A DNA stretch of 64,000 nt from Cyanophora paradoxa CCMP329 (GCA_004431415.1 QPMI01000429.1:1-64000), one strand, 5' to 3'; counted from the stretch's first letter, positions 30,666 to 45,600 are shown. Program-made: numbers and translations. Notes: generated by a model from the letters alone, not told the origin.

Positions 30666-33600
30666 TCACCCCCGCGGCCTGGAGCCGCCGTAGAAGCGGC
30701 CGACGGCGGCGGAGGCGGAGCCAGGGTGGGGAGGGGCGGCCGGCACGGCCGCGAGCTCCGCCCCGTCCTCGTCGCCCTCGTCCAGGGTTCGCGCTTCGGG
30801 TTGCCCGGGCAGCAGCTGCGTCTGTCGTCGGCCCCCTAACAGCGCGAGCGACTTGGAGAGGGGCGACGCGAGCGGGGCCGGCGCCTGCGCGACCAGCGGC
30901 GGCGATTTCGCAACGAGCATAAGATCGTCGCCGGCGCTTCGCTTGGGCTTCTCCTCCTCCTCGTTCGCAGAGCCGAGCGCGGCGGCGCCGTCCAGCGGCC
31001 GCGAGACGGTCACCGCCACATCCTCCGCGGGGCCCTGTACCCCCCCAGTCGCCTCCGCCGGACTGTCCGATCCGCCGACCGGCTCTGCAGCCGGCGGCGG
31101 GGGAGCACTGCTGCCGTCACCCTCCCCCTCTTCCTGCTCAGGCGCACTCCAAACCGCTTCCGCCACAGTCTCAGGTCCACTGTGCTTTGGTGCGCGGTCG
31201 TCGGGTGCCTCCGCCGCTCCCTCCCGCCCGCCGGCTGCCTCCGCCGGGCCCGGCGGCCCGCCACTGGCGCCAGCCACCTCCGCGGGGCCCTCCGACCCGC
31301 CGGCCGCCTCCAGCAGGCCCTCCGGCCCTCCCGCGGAGTCCGCCGCGCCGCGCGGCGACGGCCGCTCGCGCTGCCCCGCGGCGGCCGCTGCCGCCTCGGC
31401 CCGGGGCCGCTGGCGCGGACGCGGGGCGGGGCGGAGGCGGCGCCGGGGCGGGGGCCGGCCTCGCCCTCGAAGCCCCCGAGGCGCTGGGCGATGGCCGGCG
31501 AGACGCGCCGCCGCGGCGGCTCCCGCGCCGGCGCCCTCGACTCTTCCGCCTCGAGCCACGCCCCCGCCAGCGGCGGCCGTCCCCCGTAGCTCTTCACCCC
31601 CGACGGTCCCGCGGCGACCGGCGCCGGCGCCAGGGCGGAGGAGCCCGCGCTGCTCGCTGCGGAAGGTTTGTGTGGCGGCTGCACCCCCGGCCGCAGCAGC
31701 GGCTGCTGCACCGCCGGCCGCGCGGGGCGGGGCGGCTGCGACGCCGGCCGCGAGGGCGGGGCTGGGGCTGGAGCGGCGCCGGCGGCTGCCAGCGGCGGGT
31801 GGCGGCCGACGAGAAGCCCGAGGAGCGGTAGGCGGAGGGGCGGCCCGCGGCGGAGGCGGCGGGGAGGCTCCGCGGGGACGGCGGCCGGGCTGGCCGCAGG
31901 AGCCTCGAGGGGCGGGGCCGGCGACGACGGGAGGGCAGCTGGAGGCTGCTCCTTGACTTGAGCCTCCGGAGCGCCGGCCTCCGCCGGCGCAGGCGGCTCC
32001 GGAGCGGGCGGAGCCGGGGCCGCGGAGGAGTCGGAGACCGGTGCCGGGGCCGCGGCGGGCGGCCCCTCCACTGGCGCCGCTGGACCTTCCCGGCCGGACA
32101 CATCGCTTGCCGGCGGCGGCCGGGCGACGGCTGCAGCTGCCGAGGCAGGCGCCTGCGCGGCGGACCCCGCGGGGGCGGGCGGGGGCCGTGGGAAGCCGTC
32201 CTCGAGGGGGTAGTCCCAGAGGTACGGGATGTCGCGCAGGGGGAAGACGGGGGGCGGGGCGGGGCCCTCCTCGAGCTCGGGGTACTCCCACAGGTACGGC
32301 AGGCGCCGGGGCGGGAAGCTCAGGGCCGCCGACTGGCCCGGCTCGTCCTCCGGGTACTCCCACAGGCGCGGCAGCGCGCGCTCGGGCGCGGCGAGCAGCT
32401 CGATGTCGAGAGCCGGCGGGTCCTCCTCGCACGCCGTCAGCCGGTCCTCCTCCTCCGGCGCCGGCGGCTCGGACGGCGGCACGGACGGCGCCACCTCCAG
32501 CGCCCCCGCCACCAGCTGCTCCAGCTGAGGCTCTTGCTTCGGCTCCTGCTCGCCCGCAGCCTCGACCTCCCGGAGCTCTGGCTCCGGCTCCGGCTGCAGC
32601 TGCGGCTGAAGCTCGGGCTCCGGCTCCGCCTCCGGCAGCGGCTCCGGCAGCGGCTCCGGGACGGCGGGGGACGGGGGCGCCTCGGGCTCGGGCGCGGGCG
32701 ACTCGACCGTGAGCTCCCACAGGAGCGGCACGGGCCGCTCGCCCGGCAGCCGCGGCGGCCGCCACGCCGGGGCGCGCCCCCGCAGCGAGCCCGCCGATAG
32801 CAGCCGCGCGCTCTTGACCACGTCGGTCGGGCTCGGCGGCACGAGGCCGGGGCTCGGCGGCGGGAGGCTCGGGGCGCGCCGGATCGCCAGCAGGCGCTCG
32901 CTCACCGCCGGCGCCGCGGGCTCCGCGGCGGGCGGGCAGAGGTAGAGGTCGAGGAGGCGGCCGGGGCAGGGGCGGCGGCCTCACCGGCGCGCCGCTCGTC
33001 CTCCCACAGCGGCGCGAGGAGGTCCGGCGCCGTCGGGCGGGCGGCGAGGATGGCGAGGGCGCGGGGCGGGGCGAGCGGCGGGTCGCCGGGGCCGGGCGGG
33101 AGTCGACGGGCGGCGGGCGCGGCAGGTCGATGGTGCGCGGCCACTGCGCCACGACCGACGCGAGCGCCGCCGCGAAGAAGGGCGCCGGGGCCCGCAGCGG
33201 GGCCGCCGCGGCGCCGGCCGGCCGCGCGGCGAGGGCGAGGGCGCGGGCCTGCAGCTCGCGGTGGCGGACCGCCCACGCCCAGATCTGCTGCTCGTGCTCC
33301 CGCTTGTACCGGTCCTGCGGCGGGTCGGCGGGGCGGCGCAGCGGGGCGGGGGCGGGGGCGCACGAGGCCGAAGGAGGCGGCGACGTTGGCGCGGTAGCGC
33401 ATGCCGAGGCGCTGCCGCAGCAGCTTCGCCTCCGCCATCCGCGCCCGCAGCGCGCCGGGGCCGCCCCGCAGCAGCGCGTCGAGCGAGGGGCCCGGCCGCG
33501 GCTCGCCCGCCAGCTCCGGCAGGTACCCCGTCATGCAGAAGACCTGCCCCCGGTCAGCGCCGGGCGGGCGGGCGGCGGGCGGCAGGCGGCGGGGCGGGAC

Positions 33601-36600
33601 CTCGAGCTGCGCGCGGGCGAGGGCGGCGTGGTCGACGGGCGGCACGAGGGCTCCGAAGACGCGCGACGGGTCCTCCGGCACTTGGATGATCTCCTTCGAC
33701 CCCGCCACTGCCCCGGCCGGCGGCGTCGGCCCCGCTGGCGCGGCGCGGGGCGGCTGCGGGGGGCGCACCGTCCGTGCAGACGACGGGGAGGCCGCAGAGG
33801 CCGGCCTCGCCCAGCGCGAGCGGCAGGCCCTCCGAGCGCGACGAGTTCAGCATCAGCCTGCGCGCCCGAGCCGTGAGAACGCGACCCGAATGCGAGAGCA
33901 GCATCCACTCACCAGCCGCGGGGAAGCACGATGGGCGAGTTGCCGAGGCCGCAGAGCGTCACGTTCGCCTCCAGGCCGTTGGCCAAGATGAAGGCTCGGC
34001 ACTCGGCAGTGTGCGCCGGGTCTGGAATAGCATGAGGGCAAGGTTCCCGGATAGCCTGGCTTATGTCGACTCGCATGTTTATGGATATTCGTGACAATTG
34101 CACTAGATAATGCGGAGTTTGGTCACATATTCTCGCGCACCCTTCGTGGTGTCGCCGTATACGAGGAGCTGGTATTCGCGCAGACCGTACTCCTCCACGA
34201 TCACCTGCATTGCACTTGAGATATCCGCAGACAAATGAGCGGGAATGGTGAACTGCATGCGAAATCACCTTTGCGGCTCGCACAGCTGTCTTTATGTCTT
34301 TAAGCACATTTACATGTGAGATCTGCGAACAGGTTCGATTTGTTTCCGAGCACTGTGCTTAAAGTAGTTCGAAATTCAAAAGCCTCGCACCATGACGGAC
34401 GTCGGGCGGGGGCGCTCGGACTCGCGGCGCGGGGCGAAGCGGCCCATCAGCATCCCGTTCACGACGGGCGAGAGCTTGCGCCGCATCGCCACCGTGCGCC
34501 CGTCGTGCCCGCGGCCGCCCCCCATATGGGCCTCCCACTCGTTGTTGAAGGAAGCACAGCACGAAACGATCTGATCCGGAGCTGAGCAGGCACGAGAAGA
34601 CGGCAATAGTGATGAGTGCCGCACAGTATCCGCTGCGTGGAAGTTGACGAACATTGTGCCACGGAAAAGGCATCCGATAGCATACTTTATCTTTCGAATT
34701 TGAAACAATGATAAGTCAGCGAATCACAAACAAATTTTAGAGGAGACTAGCAGAGCAAAGGGGGCGGACCCACTGGTGGAAGAACTTGTCGTCGTTCATG
34801 TAGCGGAGGAACTCCCGATAGAGGATGCTGTCTGCGGCGCCCGCGCGTGAGGGCCGCGCCAACGCCGATCGAAACTTATTTCATGGCAGGATGGCGCACG
34901 GTCCCAGTTGATCATCCCGCTGCCGTGCATGACCTTCGCCGCAACGCCCAGCGCCCCCTGGATGCCTGCGAAAATGCGAAAAGCACAACGGTGAGAGGCG
35001 GAGCGAAGACGGAGCACGCGACAACGGCCGGCCCGCACCGTGGTGGGAGGCGTGAGTGACGAGGTTGGCGACGGGCGTCGACCCGTACGGACGCAGCACG
35101 TGCCGCAGCATGTACTCGTAAGCCGACTCCAACTCCTCCACTGGTGGAGGTGAAATGTCGGTGAGAATTAGATTCAATGATTGGACTCACAATTGCACAT
35201 CTCGATGCGGGCGAAGGGGCCGCTCTGCGCCATGCGATATGCGTCCTCAAGCCTGCATCGGACCAGATCCGTGTGAGAGAAATCGCCCATATAACACTGC
35301 AAACAAGTAAGGAACCAGAAGCGAGTGTAGACGGCGCGGGCCTCGGCGCTGCCGGCTGTCGCGTTGAAGTCGTACGTGCGCAGGTCTGGCGACCGGCTGT
35401 GGTTAGACTGAGGCAGCAAACACGGCGTGCAGGGGCGGACAGAGGGCGAAGTTGGCATAGGCAACAGTCGCGAGGTCGAGCTCGCGCCGCGTCGGACGCG
35501 GGTTCGCGTGCAGCGCCAGCATCTGCACATTCGAGCATGTAAGTTGCAATCGCCGTCACAGCGAGCGCAAATCAAACGATCACGCACGCGACGCAGGACG
35601 GGAACGAAGAAGCGGCGGATCGCCCGGGAAGAGGTGCGCCAGCGCCGGGCGGCGAGCAGGCCGTACGGCAGCGTTGCCAGCTCGTGCTCCCCCTGTTGCG
35701 CCTCCGGAAGCTGCAGCAAACGGATTGAGGCGCGGAATGAGATCTAGAGTTGAAGCATACGCCGACGCACTCCAGTCACGTGCCAGAGGGGCGTGAACTG
35801 CAGCGACCGCACATTGCGCGACACATTGTAGCCATCGGGCACGACTGCAAAAATTAAAGCGTTGGTGTTCAAGAATATGCATGTGAAGAAATGACATGTA
35901 GGGAAAGCGCACGGCGGGCCTCGTTGCCCAGCTCGATCGTGGCGTCCCACCGCAGACGCGGAAGCGTGTCCACGAGGTCGCGCCGGCACGCCGCCACGCC
36001 CTGCGCGATGCTTACGATCAGACGCCGAAAGCATCCGGAGCTATAGCTAGCAGGCCTAGGGACGCACGCCGCCGTCCATGGGCCAGGTGCCCGTGTCGAC
36101 GTTCGTGACGGGCAGCGGGGCGGCCTCGTTCCAGCGCGCGAAGAGCGCCGGGTCGTCGGGGTCGGCCCCCTCCGCCCCCGCCCCCGCCCCCGCCGGCGCC
36201 TCGGCCTCCGCGATCGAGTACCTGCGGCGCATCAGAGCGCGCCTCTGGCGCAAAGGACGGGGCGCACCGCTGCGACGCGCCGCCGCGGCACATGTCGAAC
36301 AGGTCCGACGTGCGGAGGGCCATGAGCGTTCGCACGCCCTGCGCGGCGTCAGACAATCGCCGAACGCGTGTGCGGCCGGTCACGCCTCGTTGTTGAGCGC
36401 GATCGCAGCGACGATGTCCGATTCGCGCTCCCGCAGCTCCGCGCGGGCCGCCTCCAGCAGGCCCCAGTCCCGCAGCCGCCAGTACCGCCGAAGCGTCGGC
36501 TCGGCCCGCAGCAGCGCCTCGTCCCACTGCCGTACCTGAACTCCGTCCACAGCGCCCTGCACCTCAAATCAGCGATAGAAGCTCAATTTAAATGAAATGT

Positions 36601-39600
36601 ATCACCGCACCGAGGCCCAGGAGCGCCAGAGCGCGGTTCGCGCCATCGCAGTCGGCATCGCCCCTGACGCGACGCTCCGAGAACGGCGCTTGCGACGCCA
36701 GCGCCGAGGTGGCTCCTCGAATTCTTCTCGATCAGTTGGAAGCGGGGCAAGGAGATCGTCCTGCCGCGAGCGTCAGTGAAGTCCGCCGACTCTATCTGAA
36801 AATTAATGGACCTGATAGATGGAGGCGACGTGCCGGAGGCGCGCAATCAGTCCGAGCGTGTCTTTCGCGACCTGCAAGCGCGTTTCGCGCCCAAATCCTC
36901 TTGATCGAGCACGTGAGAGCGCGACTTCTCACCAGCTCCGGTGTCTCACACGGCTCGCCTGTGTCTGCATTCTCCTGCAAGATCGCGTTTTGCATTGGGA
37001 AAGAGCTCGCGATGATACAGACGCACTGTGGCGATGCGCGGGTGGCTGGGGTGGCCCCATGAGTACGTCGTCCGCAAGGTTGGCACCCCTTCCTCCCGCA
37101 CTTCGACCTGCGTCCGATCTTAGGAGGGCGGGCCCGGACATCTACGCTGGAGACGTCGGACCTGCTTGAGGAGGAGGGTGTGGGGGTGCAGCTCGACGAA
37201 GACGGCGCCCGTGCGGCGCGGGCCGAGCGGCACGCCGGCGTACTCGACGGCCACCGCGTGCGAGTCGGCGAGGGGATAGCCTCTCAGGAAGCTGTGAAAA
37301 GCAGAGACGGGCTGCGGAGAGCTCTTGTCCCACGGCACCCGCACATACACCACAGCTGCAACCTCGCGCCCCGTCGCGTCGTAACGCACACCCTGCAGCC
37401 GCCTCAGTCCTTAGTTTTGAGCACAGCGAAAAAGCGACCAACGCGCCTGCAGGAGCCCCGCTGGACGCGGTTCCCCCTCCTTCAGTAGCGGCTCCTCGAA
37501 TACCTGGCGAAATGAAAGAATGACAATGAGGAAATGGGTTCAACGACGTCCTGTTTTGAGCGAACCTCGCCCTGGTAGACGCGCTTGGCGCTGGGGACGT
37601 GCTCGGGGAATCCCTGCGGTGCTGTCAGCGGGTGGCACTAGCAGGTAAATTGTTAAGCTTGCCTCGCGAGAGCCGTCGTACGAGTAGAAGGCGGTCCACT
37701 GGACGGCGTTGCTGCGGTACTGCAGGCGCCGGCGGATGCGCCCGTCGCCGTCGTACTCGGCCCGCACGAAGGCGCACTCGCAGCCGGCCAGCGAGAGCGC
37801 AGCCTTGCCGCCCTCCTTGCCCGAAGCGACCCCGACGTGGCCCACGCACGTCCGCTTCGGCTCCCTGAGGCGCGTCGGCGGAGGGCGGCGCGTCGGCGGA
37901 GGGCGGCGCGGGCGGCGGGGCGGGCCGCACGCGTCGAGGAGGCCCGGGAGGACGTGGACAGCGAGCACGCGGCCCGCCTCGTCGGGCGCCCGCCGCACAA
38001 AGCCCGTCACCGGACCCTGCGCGACGCGTGAGGCGCGATGCGCGCGACAGGCAGCAGGCGCACGTCGAACAGGTTGCACTGGACGGCGGCGACGAGGCCG
38101 TCGCGGCGGAGCTCGCGGCGGTAGATGCCGCGCTCGATCGCGCGCTGCAGCGCCCGCAGCTTCGGCGAGAGCGCCATGGCGATTCCCCAGAAGAGGGCCT
38201 CCGCGACGGGCCGGGCCGCCGCGTGCACCAGCAGCATCAGGTGCGACGCCAGCCTACCGCTCCATCAATAATGGGTGAAACGTGTCCAAGGAATCCGCGA
38301 ATGCGAACGGGTAGAGAGGCCACGCGAGGCAGCCGGCGCGGACAGCGGCGTCGGGCCCCGGCTCGCGCGGCCCGTGCAGCGCGTAGCCGTACCTGCGACC
38401 GCCCCAATCAACTCTACAAAGCGAAATCTTTGCAGCGAGAACACGGACTCGGCGGGGAATGAGGGGTCGCCCGTGATGGCGAGGAACCAGAGGCGAGCGA
38501 TGAGCTGCACGGGCGTCAAACCGGCGAGGCGCGTGGCGCGGACCGCGCACGTGCAGCTGCTCCAGCGCCCGCGCCGCGAGCGATTCCGGCGCCCGCGGCA
38601 GCCGCACGTACAGCTCCTCGGGTGCCAGCCGCCCGCCCCCCTGTGCGGCCGAGTCAATAGAGGAAGTTTCGCACATAAATAGTGAACTCACGAGGGGCTT
38701 CGGGGCGACCTCCGGCTCCGGCAGCTCCAGCGCAGGCGCCTCGGCGGGCCTCGCTGCGGCCTCCTCCCGCGCCGCGCGCCCGATCGCGTGCGCGAGGCGC
38801 GCCAGCAGCCGCCCCCGCTCTGTGAAAACCGACTCAGCCCCTTTCCGCAGGAGACGAATGGAGGAGAGCGCACCGCAGGCCTCGCGCCACGCGGCGGGCT
38901 CGACCGGGCGGCCGTACAGCTCCGCGAGGGCGGCGCGCAGGGCGGCCTCCCCAGCGGCGGCGGCCGCCTGTGGGGCGCTCCCCGCGAGGCACGCGAGGGC
39001 GATGGCGCGGGCGCCCCACGGCAGCTCCGCCCAGCGCCGGTCCACATCGACACCCGCCAGCGCCGCCACCGCTGCATAGGAGTGCGCCCGCGCCGCCAGC
39101 GCCGCCAGCGCGCCGCCGTCACAGCGTCGCAGCTGCAGCGGGAAGCGGGCGGGGACGTAGTCCGGCGCCGGCGGGTCCTGCTCGCTCAACAGAAGCTCGG
39201 CGGCTGTGGCGCCCGTGCCGCCGGGCGCGTCATCGTCCGCCGGGCCGAACGCGGCGGCCTCCGGGTCGGCCCGACGGCGCGCCTTGTCGAGCGCGTGCAG
39301 CATCAGCTCCGCCACCGCCGCCGCAGCGGGGCGCTCCCCGACCGCCGCCTCCGACACGAACAGCCGCGCCTGCTGTGAGCTGTCGGCGACAGCTGAGCTG
39401 CCGCTCACACTGACAGGGGCGCACCGGCGAGGAGCGGTGGTACCAGCCAGCAGGCACGTACAGCGCCGCCAGCGGGTACCTGCGAGATCGCTCAGTCATG
39501 AAATGCAACTCGTTGGAACGGTGGAGCACGACGCACCGGCCGGCCACGGCGAGGCCGCTGACGAGCGCATGCGACCCGTCGACTGCGGCGAATGCTTCCG

Positions 39601-42600
39601 ACACGACAGAAACCTGCATCCGTCGCCAAATCAACGGAAGATCCCCGACGTCAGTCCGCAACAGTGCGCACCTGAAGCCCCTCGCCATCGGCGAGGGCGT
39701 CGTGGGCCTCGGCGAGCAGCTCGGGCCCCGCCGGAACGGCGCTCAGCAGCGCCGAGTGGAAGCCGCCCCGCCCGAGGCGCCGCGATGCCAGCCCGCACAG
39801 GAAGGATGCGGCGGCGCGGACGGCGCTGGAGACAACGCGGACGCCGGAGCCCGGGCCGGCCCTCGCGAGGCGCGCGGCGAGGGCGCTGATCTCCTCCGGC
39901 GCGGCGGGGCACGGCTGCCCGACGAGCCGCACCACCACGCAGCGAGCGCCCCGCTCCGCCTCCGCCGCCTCCTGCGCGACCGCCGTGAGCGCCGGCGACG
40001 CGGGATGCTCGGGCGGGGCGGGCGCGCCTTCGGGTCCGGGTCGTCGAATCGGGCGGCCCGGCGGGAGAGGAGCGGGATGCCGTCGAACCAGCCGTGCGCC
40101 CCCTCGAGGTACAGGAGCAGCTGCAGGGAATTGAGGCTCTGAGCGTGGGTCCGATGAAGCACAGAGAAAGACCTTCAATGCAAATACAGCTGTCCAGGTT
40201 CCAGCAAGGGGAGCCAGGAGAGCGTAGTCCAAATCGTTCGTCATCTTCACTGCACGGTGTCTTAAGCTTCAGCATGGGCGCAGGAATATTTGCGGCATCG
40301 CGTGCACCGGCGATGGAGCCGGCGGGGAAGCCAATACAGCAGCCAGCGACGTACGCCCACGCGACTTTGCTCTTCTTCGCGTGCTCCTCCGTCCACTGCA
40401 ACAGGCGCCGCGTCAGAAAATAACCTGTTGGCACGCGGGGACGCGCAGACCTGCAGCCAGCAGCAGCGGTAAAAAATGTCGCTGAAGTACAAGACCTGTT
40501 CGGAGACAACCGCGTGAGACTCCCGTGAGCTGCGTTTGGCAGCAAATGCCGCGCTGCGCGCCTGCAGGCCGAAGAAGGCGACACAGGCAACAGCATAGAG
40601 GACCCAGCCCCGCGTGTGAAAGTAGCCGCTGCGCAACGGTCAGAAGGTCGGGGGCGGAAGGCGGTGCAGGGCGCACGAAGAGCTTTCGGTGAAGTACAAA
40701 AGGGCAGCCCCAAGGCCGGACACGAAGGCACAGACAAGCCCGAGGCGCTGCGCACGGCTCGTAAGCATGAAGCAGGTCACGGAGAATATTCTGACGCTGC
40801 GATCCGCACGGCGATTTCAGAGAAGAACAGGCGGTTGCGCTGCCGCTCCTCGTGCAGCATCACTTCCTGCGGCGTGGCGCCGTCCACCCCGACCCGCAGC
40901 TGCGATCGTCAGGTCAGCACTTGAAATGCATGCTCATGATCAGAAAGAGAGCAGACCCGATGCCAGTAGCGGGCGATGCGCGGTAAGCGGGCCCACATAG
41001 TTTCCATCATGCAGACCATGAATATGAGAACGAAGACCGCCACATTAGTGCTGACCTGTAGATGCACGCAATTTAGTTGAAAACATCATTCACAAAGTTG
41101 TACACAGCACTGCGCAGACGTTGTATAGCGTCGAACTGTCGAGGGGCGCATAGGAAAAGCGAACAAGGCGGTCGGAGAAGAGAAGGACAAAGAAGAGCGC
41201 CCCCGCTATCGCCTGCAAAGATACGAGGTAAGAGCATTTACGGAAGGCCTACACTCACGCGTCCTGGCGCACGTGAGGAAGTGTTGCGTCGAAAACCGCC
41301 CCGCCGCGATGCAGCCCGTCCACGCGACGCTTGAGGGTCGTGGCCGCGACGCCCTCTCGCAGCAGCTCGTCCCACTGCCGCGTAAAAGCACGTGGAAGGT
41401 CCTTGCCCGCGTATCCCTACAAAACTTCCGATCAGCCTCGAACAATGACACAGGCCCAAGCATGCGCACCGCCGCCCACAGCACAAGTCCGCGCTCAGCG
41501 TCTACGTGGCTGTTAGCATAGCGACGAGGGCAGCCAATAGCAATTGTGCAACACTCACCGAAATTCCTTGCACGTTGAAGGACGAGCTGAAGAAATACAA
41601 TCTCAAGTAAGCTGGTAGCGTCGGAGTCTTCAGGAACCCATGACAGCCACGCACCTCATCGAATTTCGTCCGGCGCATGTGCAGGCAGAAAGGAACCCAG
41701 CGCCCCAAAATCCGGCCCGAATGCGCTGCTTGCGCGCATTCGGCCGCAAATTTTCCCTGCGAACCCCGCAAGCTCATGCCAAACTTCGGGAAAGCACTGA
41801 AAAAAACAGCCGCGCGCACTCGAGCGTCGGCGAGGAACCGATCTCGGGCTTTGCGTGCGGCATCCAGCATCTCGCGATCCTTCGTCACCTCCGCAGTGAG
41901 AAACGTCCCCTCTGCACGTGTCCACCACTCCAAACACTGTAGTGCAATCTCAGATGGGAAGCACGCGTACGTGCGATTACAATGCAGGGAAGAATGTACG
42001 GCAGTGTTGTCAGCGGTCTCGTTGCTTGACTTGAGCGGCGCGGGGGGCTGACCTGTGCGCTGCGCGTACCACTGCAGCAGCGTTGAGGTCGGTGGCCGGG
42101 TTTACGAAAACGAAATGACGGCACAGACTTACCGCGACGATATCGGCTTCAGGGGTGGGGTTGATGCTGTTGAAGGCGGTGTTGTGGCGCTGCAGTTGGG
42201 CGGCGGTGAAGAAGCCGAGGAAGGCATCCGTAACGGCAAGGGCGACGAGGTGGTTGTACTCGCGGCGCCAGACGTCGCCGTGCTGCACAGTGAAGTCGAG
42301 GAGCACAGATACAAGAACGGCGGAGAGCAAAGCGACGATGATCGCATGGCCCTCGGCCGACTTCCAAGCCGAGGAGCCCGACGGGTGCAGCGCGTAGAGC
42401 ACCGCCGTCAACGACACGAAGAAAGCAAACAGCAGCACGTAGACGAAGAAGACGGCCGCGAGCCGCCCGTCATCGAACTGCGACGAGACTTCACATTACG
42501 AAACACAGGCAGAACGCATTCTTAGAGACGGACGGCGTAGAAGATAGCGACGGCGGTGCCGCCTCCACCGACGAAGTACAGAACGAGGGAGGCCTGCAGA

Positions 42601-45600
42601 GGGGTCGGCGGTAGGGATTGCATCAACATTGGGGGACAGCGGACGAGGGCCATTTGCGAGATGGAGGCCGACATGAGGGAGTACGAGGCTTGGAACTTGT
42701 ACGCGTACACCAGCAGCGCCAGTCCCTGCACGGAATGTCGTATGGGCGGGACGTCGCAATGGAGTGATTGGAACCAGTGTGCGTACCTGAGCGCCGGCAG
42801 CCGAGAGGAACAAGGCGAGATAGAGAGCGACGGTCAGGCAGGCCCCGACGTTTGGCTCGAGCCTGCGCGAGCTGAAAGGACCAACGCCCAGTTCCGCGAA
42901 CAGAGCGAGCTGCAAGAGAAGTGGAATCTGCAGAAAAGGATCGAAGTCAGCGCGTAAATGAACTGTCGCGATACAGACGCTCACCTGGAAGAAGCTGCCG
43001 TCAACGAACTTTTTGATGTGCAGCGCCACCGACATTTTGACTGTCGGCTGACGGGGCGGGGGCCAGATGATGTCGGGGTCTGGATCCTCCTCGATCAAGC
43101 GCCCCCGGACCTGTGAACGATTTTTGGCCACGTGCTCGAGGCGACGCGACGCAAGGGAAGAACAATAACATTGTCTTCACGCACGCGCTCGTGGAGGAGG
43201 GTCTCGCAGAGTCTGTACTTCGACAGGCCGAACACCCGTTCCGCCTGGTCGCTCCGCAGGCCCGTCCACTCCGTGTATATCGCTGAGCGAAATATTCTCG
43301 TGTCAGCGCCAGCACTTCCAGTTTACGATAGAAGCCAGGCGAGTTGTGACGCACTTGTAACATCGGAAACGTTTATGAAGTCTGCGCGGAGAGCGAGTGA
43401 TATCGATCAGCCCGCGGGCGTATATGTAGGTCAAAGACACGAACTGACAGGGTGAGATCAGAGCTCGGTCCCGGCACGTCACCTCCAGCTCGTCGAATGC
43501 ACTGTGCTCGATATCGATCAGCAGGCGTGTCCATGCTGTCCGACAAACCTCGCTCACCATGCTCGGAGGGCGGCAATCGGGGCTGCGATCACATCCCGCG
43601 CGGCGGCGCCCGGTGGACTGCAGCACACGTCGCAGCCGACGGCGAGCGCAGCCAGCAGCGGCCGCAGCGTCTCCGCCATCACATTGGTCTGCCACAGCGA
43701 CCGCCGCACCAACTGCAGCCACGGGTCGTCCGCCCCGCGCTCCTCAGCCTGTCGAATCGCCTTCGTGCTGCGCTGCGTGAGCAGTGCTTCAAGATCGACG
43801 GGCGGGGTGCGCACGTGGCGCGGCCCCGCGCAGAGTCCCGAAGTCCGTGCGAGGACAGTCGGGCGAGCGCGGCCGCCAGGACGCAGCGCTCCACCGACGC
43901 GAGCGCCGTCCGCTCCTCTGGGGGCAGGCGCTCGTCACGCTCCACCGCCTCCGCCCGCGCCGCGCAGCTCAGCACCAAGGCCTGCAGACCGCGCCGGTCA
44001 GGCATGTCTGCGAAATATCATGACAGCAGGTCCATCTCATACCTGGAGCTCTCGTAGCGACGCGAGGAGGACCTCCGCCCGCGTCGTGTCGCTCAGGGGC
44101 ACCGTCTCACGGCCGTCACTCTCCTCGTCCCTCCCCGACGGCCGCCGCGCCATCGTGCTCTGTCGCATCCGTTGGCGGCAGAAGGGTGAGGGGAGAACAG
44201 AAAATGCAAGCGCACCAGCAGCCGCGCCTGCGCCGGCGGGTAGCCAGCAGCGCGCAGCGCGCAGAAGAGGACCGCCTCCGCCACGTTTGGGTGTGCATGC
44301 GGCTCCGGCGGCCGCCGCACGTACACTGCGCCACTAATCATGTCGGCGCCAGAAGAAGCTGCTGGGGAGGACGGGCACCGTGCAGGGCGGGCGGGTCGGC
44401 CTCGATCTCCGCGACGGCGAAGAAGCGCTGCGGGCCGTCCGCTGTGTCCACAGCGAGGCTCACGTGGTCTGGGCCGGCCACGTCAGCGCGAATGCGCGTT
44501 TAGACCGAAAGGCGCCGCACCCGAGGACCAGACGTGGACAGCGGGCCCCGAATGGCCCTCGCCCTTCGGATTAATATTCCGCAGTGCCTCCACCACCCGC
44601 TGCAGCAGCCGGAAAGGCGCCGCCCCCGCGAGCGGCCCGCCGGCCGCGAAGGGCCCCAGCAGCGCAGCGTGGGGCGCTGCATCCGCGGCCGCCGCCTCCA
44701 GCAACGTGATCGCCTCCCGCATTTCTAGCTGTAGCAGCGGTCGCTGCGGGTTCTTGTCCGTCCTGCGGCGCGTCAACGGCTCCCGCGTGACTGCGGTGCA
44801 TTTAATTTCCATGCCACGCACCCGCCCTCGAAGGCCTGCGCTTGTGCTCAGTTATGGCGGGCGGCGCGAGAGTGGAAAGGAAGCCTTCACCTCCGCAACG
44901 CGAGGGGCGGAGATCTGCAGCAGCGTGCCGCCGATGCGCAGGGCTCGCTGGACAGCGATGACTCGCCGTACCGCCGCCTCGCTCGGCACCCCGCAGCAGA
45001 GCTCCCACTGCCCGATCGCCGCCGCCCCGCCGCTCCAGCCCCAGTCGCTCGCGCCTGCGTCCTCCGGATCCCCCGCCCACGTCGCCGGAAGCTCCAGCGT
45101 CGTCGACACGACGCCGCTCTGGACATCGTTGTCCGTGCCGCCGAGCTCAGATATGACGTCACTCTCCGCGGCCGCCGCCCGATGCAGGAGGGTGATCGCC
45201 TCCCGACCCGCGCCGGTCTCCTCGAGCGCCGCTGCACTCTCCGCCAGCCACGCCGTCCACTTCCGCTCCGCTTCCGCTGCGCCGCACTCGTCATTGCGCG
45301 CCAGTATCCGAGAAAGAAGGGCAGGACGCACGGCGCTCGGCGAGGCGATGGGCGGCGGTGGCGAGGGCTTCGGCAATCGGCGCGGAGAGGCATGAGGTGG
45401 CCGCCGCCGGCCCCCCCGCCTCCTCGCGCGTGAGCAGATGCTCGGGGACGCCCGGCAGGCCTCCCGCCCGCTCCCCCGCGGCGTCCAAGCGCCGAACCTG
45501 CCGCGGCTTCCCGTGAGCGGCCCGCGCGATATCGATGCGGCCAAAAGGCGACGGACCTGTGGATCCGAGGAGAGGAGGGCCAGCGGCGAGGGCCCGAGCC

